Positions 53,901 to 64,000 of a stretch of DNA of 64,000 nt are shown piece by piece. The stretch lies in the NCBI RefSeq assembly GCF_009914755.1, contig NC_060928.1. One strand, written 5' to 3'. Numbering within the stretch: position 1 is the first letter of the stretch; each line of letters starts with the position of its first letter. Source of the stretch: the human T2T-CHM13v2.0 reference genome, Homo sapiens. The notes under the pieces were generated by a model. That model did not search any database. It saw only the letters and a list, made by a program, of their open reading frames with translations, and was not told where the DNA came from. The position numbers were made by a program, and so were the translations under genes.

Positions 53901-56347
53901 TAGATATCTATGAAGTCCACTTGATCCAGAGCTGAATTCATGTCTTGAATATCCATGTGAATTTTCTGTCTCGATCATCTGTCTAATATTGACAGTGGGG
54001 TGTCAAAATCTGCCACTATTATTGTGTGGAAGTCTAAGTCTCCTTGTTGTTCTCTGAGAACTTGTTTTATGAATGTGGGTGCTGCTGTATTGGGTGCATA
54101 TATATTTAGGATAGTTAGCTCTTCTTGTTGAATTGATCCCTTTACCATTATTTAATATCTTTTTTTGTCTTTTTTGATCTTTGTTGGTTTAAAGTCTGTT
54201 TTGTCAGAAACTAGAATTGCAACCCCTGCTTTTGTCTGCTTTCCACTTCCTTGATACATTTTCCTCCATCCTTTTATTTTGAGCCTATATGTGTCTTTGC
54301 ACGTGAGATGGGTCTCTTGAATACAGCACACTGATAGGTCTTGACTCTACACAATTTGCCAGACTGTGTCTTTTAATTAGGGCATTTAGCCCATTTACAT
54401 TTAAGGCCAATATTGCTATATGTGAATTTGATTCTGTCAGCATGATGCTAGCTGGTTATTTTGCACACCAGTTGAAGCAGTTTCTTTATAGTATCATTGG
54501 TCTTTGTAATTCAGTGTGTTTTTGCAGTGGCTGGTACAGGTTTTTTCTTTCCATATTATGCTTCCTTCAGGAGCTCTTTCAAGGCAGGCCTCATGGTGAC
54601 AAATTCCCTCAGCATTTGCTTGTCCGAAAAGGATTTTATTTCTCATTCACTTATGAAGCATCGTTAACCCAGATATGGAATTCTGGGTTGAAAATTATTT
54701 TCTTTAACAGTGTTGAATATTGGCCCCCACTGCCTTCTGGCTTGTTGGGTCTCTGCTGAGAGGACTGCTGTTAGTCTTATGGGCTTCCCTTTGTAGGTTA
54801 CCTGGCCTTTCTCTCTGGGTGTCCTTAACATTTTTCCTACACTTTGACCTTGGAGAATCTGATGATTATATGTTTTCAGGTTGATCTTCTTGAGGAGTAT
54901 CTTAGTTGCCTTCTCTGTATTTCCTGAATTTGAATGTTGGCCTATCTTGCTAGGTTGTGGAAGTTCTCCTGGATGATATCCTGAAGTGTTTTCCAGCTTA
55001 GTTCCATTTTCCCATCTCTTTTAGGTAATCCAATCAGTCCTAGGTTTGGTCTTTTTACATAGCCCCATAGTTGAATGTTTTGTTCATTCCCTTTCATTCT
55101 TTATTCTCTAATCTTGTCTGCCTGCCTTATTTCAGCAAGATAGTCCTCAAGCTCTGATATTCTTTCTTCCACTTGATCAATTTGGCCTTTGATACTTGTG
55201 TTTGCATCAAGAAGTTTTAGTCTTGTGTTTTTCAGCTCCATCAGGTCATTTATGTTCCTCTCTAAACTTATTATTCTAGTTAGTAGCTCCTGTAATCTTT
55301 TATTATGGTTCTTAGTTTATTTGTATTGGGTTAGAACATGCACCTTTACCTCAGCAAAGCTTGTTATTACCTACCTTCTGACGTCTACTTCTATCAACTC
55401 ATCCATCTCATCCTCCATCCAATGCTATGCCCTTGCTGCAAATGTGTTGCGATCATTTGGATGAGAAGACGTACTCTAGCCTTTTGAGTTTTCGGTGTAC
55501 TTTTTGTTGTTGTTGTTAATTATTTCTCATCTTCATGAGTTTGTCTGGTTTCAGTTATTAAGGCTGCTGACCTTTGAATGAGGATTTTGTGGGGACATTT
55601 TTGGTGATGCTATTGTTGTTGCTTTCTGTTTTTTTTGTTTTTCTTTCAATAGTAAGGTCCCTCTTCTGTAGGGCTGCTGAAGTTTGCTGGGGGTTTACTT
55701 CAGGCCCTATTCATCTTGGTCCTTCCGCACCTGGAGATGTCACCTGAGGAGGCTGGAGAACAGCAAAGATGGGTGCCTGCTCCTTCCTCTAGGATCTCGG
55801 ACCTTGAGGGGCACCAACTTGATGCCAATAGGAATACTCCTGTATAGGGTGTCTGGTTACCCCTGTTGGAGGGTCTCACCCAATTGTGCACAGGAAGCAG
55901 GACCCATTTAACAAAACAATTTGCCTGTCCCTTGGTGGACGGTATGTGCTGTACTGGGGGAAACTTTCTGGTCTAGATTGCCTGGATTCCTCAGAGCTAG
56001 CAAGGGGAAAGAATAAGTCTGCTGATCCATGGAGATCATGGCCACTCCTCCCCTTAGGGACTCAGGCCCAGGCAGATAAGAGTTCTTTCCCTAAGCCCTG
56101 GCTGAAGTTGCTGGAGTTCCTGCAGGGAGGCCCCACCCAGTGAGAAGGGATGGATCAGGGTCCAGCCTAAAGAGTCAGTCTGGCCACAATCTGCCACAAC
56201 TGGTATGCTGTGCTGGGGGGAATACCTCCTGGGACCAAGCTGTCCAGTCTCCCCAGTGCCAGCAGGGGAAAAATGGTAGCCTGGAGCTGTAGAGATGGCT
56301 GCTGCCCTTTCTTAGGGTGCTCAGTTGTCTTAGGCATCCAGCAGCTG
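50931..56347 (-). mobile_element. Near full-length L1PA8-13-like LINE-1, defective
   Basis: ORF2 fragments in the track (51855-52352, 52471-52704 [14 protein letters not shown], 53741-53956 EN domain), ORF1 ~54.6-55.5 kb, 5'UTR ~55.6-56.35 kb. Confidence 0.95.
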
Positions 56348-56526
56348 CAAGCTTTACAAAAACAAGTAATGGGGAAAGGACTCTGTATTTAATAAATGGT
56401 GTTGAGATAACTGGCTGGCCATATGCAGAAGATTGAAACTGGAGCCCTTCCTTATACTGTATTAAAAAAAAACCCAAGATGAATTAAAAATTTAAATGTG
56501 AAACTTAAAACTATAAAACCCTAGAA

Positions 56527-59500
56527 GATAATGACCTCCAGCTCCATCCATGTTGTTACAAAGGACATGATCTCACTTTTTTATGGCTGTGTAGTATTCC
56601 ATGGTGTATGTATCACATTTTCTTTACCCAGTCTACTGTTGATGGGCATTTAGGTTCATTCCATGTCTTTGCTATTGTGTATAGTGCTGCAATAAACATG
56701 TGCATCCATGTGTCTTTATCGTGGAATAATTTATATTCCTTTGGGTATATACTCAATCATGGGATTGCTGGGTTGAATGGTAATTCTGATTTCTTTGAGA
56801 AATCTCTAAAACTGCTTTCCACAATGTCTGAACTAATTTGTCTTACCACCAGCAGTGTATAAGCATTCCCTTTTCTTTACAACCTTGCCAGCATCTGTTT
56901 TTGTTGTTGTTGTTTGTTTTTTCACTTTTTAATAATAGTCATTAAGACTGTTTGGAGATGGAGATGGTATCTCATTGTGCTTTTAATTTGCATTTCTGTA
57001 ATGATTAATTATGTTGAACTTTTTTTCATATGCTTGTGACTGTGTGTATGTCTTCTTCTGAAAAGTGTCTGTTCATGTCCTTTGACCAAGTTTTAATAGG
57101 GTTATTTGTTTTTTGCTTGTTAATTTTTTAAGTGCATTTTAGATTCTGGATATTAGACTTTTGTTGAATGCATAGTTTGCAAATATTTTCTCCCATCTTG
57201 TAGGTTGTCTGTTTGGTCTCTTGATAGTTTATTTGGCTGTGCAAAAGCTCTTTAGTTTAATTAGGTCTCATGTGTCAATTTTTGTTTTTATTACAAGTGC
57301 TTTTGGAGTTTTTGTCATAAAATCTTTGCCAGGGCAAATGTTCAGAATGATATTTCCTAAACTATCTTCTAGCATTTTATAGTTTTAAGTTTCACATTTA
57401 AATTTTTAATTCATCTTGGGTTTTTGGTTTTTTTCAGTACAGTATAAGGAGGAGCTCCAGTTTCAATCTCCTGCATATGGCCAGCCAGTTATCTCAACAC
57501 CATTTATTAAATACAGAGTCCTTTCCCTATTACTTGTTTTTGTAAAGTTTGTCAAAGATCAGATGGCTGTAGGTTTGTGGCATTATTTCTGGGCTCTCTA
57601 TTCTGTTCCATTGTTCTATGTGTCTATGTTTGTATCAGTACCATGCTGTTTTGGTTACTGTAACCTTGTAGTATAGCTTGAGGTTGGGTAATGTGAACCC
57701 TCCAGTTTTGTTCTTTTTGCTTAGGATTGCATTGACTATTCAGGTTTTTTTTGGTTCCATATGAATTTTAGAATAGTTTTTTTCTAATTCTGTGAAGAAT
57801 GTCGTTAGTAGTTAAATAGGAATTGCATTGAATCTGTAAATTGCTTTGGGCAGTATGGCCATTTTAATGATATTATTTATTCCTAGGAGTGTGGAATGTT
57901 TTTCCATTTGTGTCATCTCTGATTTCTTTGAGCAGCGTTTTGCAATTCTCATTATAGAGATCTTTCACCTCTCTGGTTAGCTGTATTTCTAGGTATTTTA
58001 TTCTTTTTGTGGCTATTATAAATGGAATTGCATTCTCAATTTGGCTCTTAGCTTATATGTTGTTGCTTTACAGGAATGCTACTAATTTTTGTTCATTCAC
58101 CTTGTTCATTACTTTGTTCATTGACTTTGATGAAGTTCTTTAACAGGTCAAGAAGCTTATGGGAAGAGACTATGAGGTTTTCTGGGTGTAGTATCATAAC
58201 CTCTACAAGCAGTGATAGTTTGACATCCTCTTTTTCTACTTGGATGTCTTTTATTTCTTTCTCTTCCTCATTGCTCTGGCCAGGATCTCTAGTACTATGA
58301 TGAATAAAAGTGGTGAAAGAGGGCATCCCTGTCTTTTTCTGATTTTCAAGGGGAATGCTTCCAGCTTTTGCCCATTTAGTATAATGTTGGCTGTGGGTTT
58401 GCCATAGATAGCTGTTGTTATTTTGAAGTATGTTTCTCTAATGCCTAGTTTGTTGAGGATTTTTAACATGAAGTGATGGTGAATCTTATTGAAAGCCTTT
58501 TCTCTGTCTATTGAGATCATCATGTGGTTTTTGTTTTTAGTTCTGTTTTTGTGATGAATCACATTTATTGATTTGCATATGTTGAACCAACTTTGCATCC
58601 CAGGGATGAAGCCAACTTGATCATGGTGGATTCACTTTTGGATATGCTGCTGAATTCAGTTTGCTAGAAACTTGTTTGAGGTTATTTGCTTCTATGTTCC
58701 TCAGGGATATTGGCCTAAATATTTTTTATTGCTGCGTGACCAGAGAATATGATAAGTATAATTTTGGTTTCTTCAAAATTTGCTGACAGTTTCTTTATAT
58801 CTGATTGTATGGTCAATTTTAGACTATGTGCCATGTGCAGATAAGAAGAATGTGTATTTTGTTGTTTGGGGGTTGAGATTTCTATAGATATCTATGAGGT
58901 TCATTTGGTCCACTGTCAAATTCAGGTTCTGAATATCATTGTTAGTTTTCTGCCCCGATGATTTGTCTAATACTGTCAGTGGGATGTTGTAAGTCTTCCC
59001 CTCTTATTATATATCTAAGTCTCTTCCTAGGTCTCTAAGAACTTGCTTTATGAATCTGGGTGCTCCAGTGTTGGATGTGTATATATTTAGGATAGTCACA
59101 TCTTGCTGAATTGAAACCTTTATTATCATATAATGTCCTTCTATGTCTTTGTTTAATCTTTGTTGAGTTAAAGTCTGTTTTGTTTTAAATTAGTATAGTA
59201 ACCACTCCTTTTTCTGTTTTCTATTTACTTGGTAGATTTTTTATCCATCCATTTACTTCGAGCCTGTGGGTATCATTGTATGTGGGACGGGCCTCTTAAA
59301 GACAGCATACCATTGGGTCTTGCTTCTTTACCCAATTTGCCACTCTGTTCCTTGTAATTAGGGCATTTAACCTGTTTACAATTAAGATTAGTATTGATAT
59401 ATAGAGATCAAATTTCTTCCTTCTCTCCACTTGCCTTTAACGTTTTTTCTTCCATTTTGGCCTTGAAGAATCTGATGACTGTGTCTTGAAGACGGTCTTT

Positions 59501-62457
59501 TTGTGTAGTAATTCAAAGGGATTATCTGCAATATGCATTTCCTGTATTTTACTGTTAGCTTCTCTAGTGAGGGTGAGGAAATTTTCATTGATGACATCCT
59601 GAAATATGTTTTCTAAGTTGTTTGCTTTTTCTTCTCTTTCAGGGATGTCATGAGTTGCAAATTTGGTCTCATTACATAATCTCATATTTCTTGGAGTTTT
59701 TATTCTTTTTTATTGTTTTTTCTTTATTTTGGTCTGAGTTAATTTTGGAGAACTGGTCTTCAAGTTCTGAGACTCTTTTCTCAGCTTGACATGTATAGAT
59801 GAAATCTTTACATATCAATACTAACCTTGATTGTAAATAGGCTAAATGCCCACATTAAAAGGCACAGAGTGGCAAGCTGGGTAAAGAATCAAGATGCGAT
59901 GATATGCTGATATGTATAGATATGTATTGATTTGATCCTATCATGTTTTTAGCTGGTTATTATGCAGACTTGATTGTGTAGTTGCTTTAGAGTGTTATTG
60001 GTCTATGTACTTAAGTGTATTTTTGTGGTGGCCAATAGCAATCTGTCCTTTCTATATTTAGCACTTTGCTCAGGACTTCTATTTTTTTCTTTTTTGAGAT
60101 GTAGTTTCAGTCTTGTTGCCCAGGGTCTCAGCTCACCACAACCTCCACCTCCTGGGTTCAAGTGATTCTCCTGCCTCAGCCTCCCAGGTAGCTGGGATTA
60201 CAGGTGGCCACCACCATGCCCAGCTAATTTTTGTATTTTTAGTAGAGACAGGGTTTCACCACATTGCCAAGGTTGGTCTCAAACTCCTGACGTCAGATGA
60301 TCCTCCCACTTTGGCCTCCCAAAGTGCAGGGATTATAAGTGTGAGCCACTGCACCTGGCCTACGACCTCTTATAAGGCAGATCTAGTGGTAATAAGCTTC
60401 GTTAACATTTTCTTGTCTGAAAAGCATCTTCTTCACTTACGAAGCTTAGTTTGGCTGGATAGGAAATTTTTGATTGGAAATTCTTTTCTTTAAGAATGCT
60501 GAATATAGGTCAACTAGTTTCTAAGCTTTAAGATTCTTACCTCATCTTGGTCAGTTCTACTGTTAATACTTGCAATTGTATTCTGAAATTCTTAAAATGA
60601 GAATTCTTTTCAGCTCTATCAGTTCAGTTTGGTTCTTTCTTAAAATGACCACTTTGTTTTTCATCTCCTGTGTCATCTTCTTATAAGCCTTAGAATCCTT
60701 GGATTGGGTTTTGACTTTCTCCTGACTCTTGATCTTCGTTTGTATTCATATTCTGAATTCTATTTCTGTAATTTCAGCCATATCATCCTGGTTAAGAACC
60801 ATTGCTGGTTCTTCTTGTAGGTAAGAAGACATTCTGGCTTTTTGAGTTTCAAGGGTTTTTACACTGATTTTCTCACCTGTGTGGGCTGATGTTCTCTCAA
60901 TCATTGAAGTTGCTGTCCTTTATATGCTTTTTTTCCTTTTATCTCATTTGATGCTCTTAGGAGTTTGATTTTGGTGTAAGATGGGTTCTGTTTACTGGCT
61001 TCATTTCTGGAAGAATTTAGGTGGCCAAGACTCAGTTCAGCAGTCCTGAGCTGCATGCTCTAACACTGGAAGGCTGGTATGAGCCCCCTAGCTTTGTTAT
61101 CTGGTCCCTGGAGGTTAGGAGCCTGCTGCACTGGAGTTGCCTGAGTCTTCCCATACCACTATCCACAAAACTCCAATGAGTGGTGCCAGCTGAAGTGTTT
61201 CCATCAGGCAGTGACACTGGGGTCTATGCCCATTTGCATGTGCCAACAGCAGTAGCAGTAGCAGCATTATGGGATGCATGCTTGTTGGCTGTGGTGGGAT
61301 GCTGGTGGGTGCAGGGCTGATGGCTTCTGTGTGAGCATTCACAATGGTGGCAATGGTGGCACAAGGGTAGGGGCAGTGGTATGGGCATCTGTGTGTGCAT
61401 TTGCATGGTGGTAGTGTCGGCACAGGGGCAGGGTGCTGACAGGTGTGGTGCTGGCATCTTCCATGCACACATTCACACTGGTGACAATGGTGGGGCAGAG
61501 TGGAGGGTGGGGCTACTGCCTCTGTGTGCATGTTCACCACAGCAATGGTGGCACAGTGGGGAGGAGGAATGGGGTGTGCTTATACTGGCAGCAGTGGCAC
61601 GATGGGTTTCATGCACACATGCTCACTGGAAGGGGAGAGGATGCAAAGTCCATCCGTGTGCACGTGTACCATTGGAACACGAATGGGGGTAGCAATGGGT
61701 GAGTGCATGCTGGCAAAGCAGAGTGAGGAAGGTTGTGGTGGGGGGAGGGTATGGGTAGGTTGGTGTGCATCATGGGGGGCACTCTACTGGAGCTCTCTGA
61801 CAGTCATTTGTTGTCTGCCATCATAGGCCCCTGGGAGGCACTCCTGTTGGGCATCTGAGGTTGGACTGCAAGCTGGCATGGCCAGGCTGGGGCTGTAGGA
61901 GAGGCCAGCAGATGGAGGGCACTCAGGTCAGACTGTCTTTGTCTTCCTGGCAACATTGCCCTGCTCTGTTCTGGTCTGACAGTTTCTGTAAGGCTAAAGT
62001 CTTCTATGGGAGCCTGGTAAGCTTTGGGGGATGGGTGTACCTGGCCATGCTCCACTGCCGACATTCCTATATCAAACCCTCTAGGCTCTGAACAGGCTAG
62101 AGTCCTGCTCCTCCCACCTCCCTAAGCAACTCTCCCTGCCAGCTCAAGTGTCCATTGGTGTCATGGGATCTCCTGCTGCCAAGATTTCAGAGCTGTGTGG
62201 CAAGTATGGGTAACTTATTGTCTGCTCAGTTCACCCCCTCCTCAGTAGTCATTGGGGGCCAGGAACATTCCCCATGAGTTGTAGTCCTGTGCAGGGTTCC
62301 CAGCTTTCTTTCCCTTCAGCCTGGTATCTGTGTCCTCCCTCCACCCATTCTCAATGCCTTCCCTCTGAAGATCTGTTCAGAGTGCTCCAGGCTTCCCAAT
62401 ATCCCAGTCTTTTGGTGGCAGATGTTCTTCCTGGCTGCATCTAGTTGGCTGTCTTGC
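56527..62457 (-). mobile_element. Older L1PA15-16/L1PB-like LINE-1 with 5'UTR, internally deleted and rearranged
   Basis: ORF2 fragments (58251-58598 [10 protein letters not shown]), ORF1 fragment (59437-59685), GC-rich 5'UTR 61.0-62.45 kb; reverse complement starts caagacagccaactagatgcagcc. Confidence 0.9.
60081..60360 (-). mobile_element. AluS (Sq/Sp-like) inserted in L1
   Basis: gagatgtagtttcagtcttgttgcccagg...gagccactgcacctggcc; short internal deletion. Confidence 0.93.
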
Positions 62458-62699
62458 AATTAATGCCACATTCTTCATTCCTGAGAACTACAAGCAAGTA
62501 AGAGAGAAGTCATTCATTCCAGGGCCACCCAGAAAACTGTTCTGCAAAATGTGCCTTCATTTATGTAATTTTATTATATTTTCCTTCCGTTTCTTTCCTA
62601 AACATCTACAGCATATATTTCATCTTCTGTTACCAAAATATGTTTTTCCTAAATTCCTTTTCCTGTGCTTTGATCTCTTATTTTGCAGTAAAAAAAAAA

Positions 62700-63810
62700 A
62701 AAATTACTATTTCTTTTCTACTACTTACTTTGGACTTATATTTTACTTCTTTGTCTAACTTTTTAAGGTAGAATCTTAAGTCACTGATTTTAGACTTTTT
62801 GAAAATATAAGTATTTCAATTGTTGCATTTTCTATAAGAACTGCTTCAGGTATATTTGAGAAATTTCAGTATGTTGTAATATCATTATCATTTAGTTTGT
62901 AATATTTTCCAATTCTTGTTGTGATTTCTTTTTGCCTCATGGATTACTTGGAAGCATGTTACATAACTTCCAAATATTTGCAGATTTTCTAGATACCTGC
63001 TATCATTCTCTAATTTAATGCCATTGAGGTCAGAACAGATTCTGTATGGTTTCAGTTCTTTTCAACTTACTGTGTTTTTTATTTTCTTTTTTATTTTTTT
63101 ATTTCAATAGGCTTTAGGGGAACAGGTGGTGTTTGGTTACATGGATAAGTTCTTCAGTGGTGATTTCTGAGACTTTGGTGCACCCAACACCTGAGCAGTG
63201 TACACTGTACCCAATGTGTAGTTTTTTATCCCTCACCCCCCTCTCACCCTTTACTCCGAGTCTCCAAAGTCCATTGTATCATTCTTATGCCTTTGCATCC
63301 TCATAGCTTAGCTCCCGCTTGTGAGTAAGAACATAATGATGTTTGGTTTTCCATTCCTGAGATAATTCACTTAGAATAATGCTCTCCAATTCCATCTAGG
63401 TTGCCGCAAATGCCATAATTTCATTGCTTTTTATGGCTGAGTAGTATTTTATGGTATACATAGACCACAATTTATTTATCCACTTGTTGATTGATGGGCA
63501 TTTGTGCTGGTTCCATATTTTTGTAATTGCAAATTGTGCTGCTATAATATAAATATGTGTGTGGAAGTTATTCATATAGTTTTTTTTTTGCATAATAACC
63601 TCTTTTCTTCTGGGTAGATACCCAGTAGTGGGATTGCTGGATCAAATGGTAGTTCTACTTTTAGTTCTTTAAGGAATCTCCACACTGTTTCTTATTGAGT
63701 CTTTTTCATAACTCATCACATGGACCATCTTGGTGAAATAACCATGCACATTAAAAAAACATGTATTGTGTAGTTGTTGGGTATAGTTTTCTATAATCAT
63801 CAATTAGCTT
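62700..63810 (-). mobile_element. Ancient L1M ORF2 fragment, interrupted at 63075-63690
   Basis: ttctaatttaatgccattgaggtcagaa... resumes at catggaccatcttggtgaa. Confidence 0.65.
63075..63691 (-). mobile_element. L1PB-type 3' end (5'-truncated)
   Basis: T-rich tail, ggggaacaggtggtgtttggttacatggataagttctt; degenerate TSD cttactgtgttttt/cttattgagtcttt. Confidence 0.88.
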
Positions 63811-64000
63811 ATGGTACATAGAATCATGGACCCCCAAAATGTAAACATACTTATACCCAGAATCTGTGAATATGTTACCTTATGTGGCACGGGAGAATTG
63901 CTGTTATGATTAAATGAAAGATTTTGAGATAGGGAAAAGTATCCTGAATTATTTTGTTGGGCCCAATGGAATTATGAGAATGCCTATAAGAGGGAGAGAG
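63810..64000 (+). mobile_element. MLT1D-like LTR, running off the window
   Basis: cccccaaaatg...cccagaatctgtgaatatgttacctt...gattttgagataggga. Confidence 0.8.

Noticed and set aside
51073-56347. Retrotransposition-competent L1
   Set aside because: ORF1 and ORF2 are broken into many short fragments and the 3' region is deleted

Overview
This is AT-rich, CpG-depleted primate (human-like) non-coding DNA made mostly of interspersed repeats: L1, Alu/FLAM, MIR, L2, MaLR (MLT1/MST/THE1), ERV1/ERVL LTRs, MER5-type DNA transposons and microsatellites. I found no recognisable host protein-coding exon, RNA gene or prokaryotic-type system. The longer ORFs in the track are L1 ORF1/ORF2, MaLR/ERVL internal or Alu-derived. 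The main points of interest are structural: two twin-primed L1 insertions, a fold-back inverted duplication and a scrambled segment order in the ~12 kb L1 block at 51-62.5 kb, two adjacent perfect hairpins in an old MLT1 LTR, three ERVL/LTR16-type proviral relics, a complete THE1 provirus, a PABL-like solo LTR, and weak candidate non-coding exons. Subfamily names come from recalled consensus sequences, not a database search. Boundaries without a TSD are approximate.
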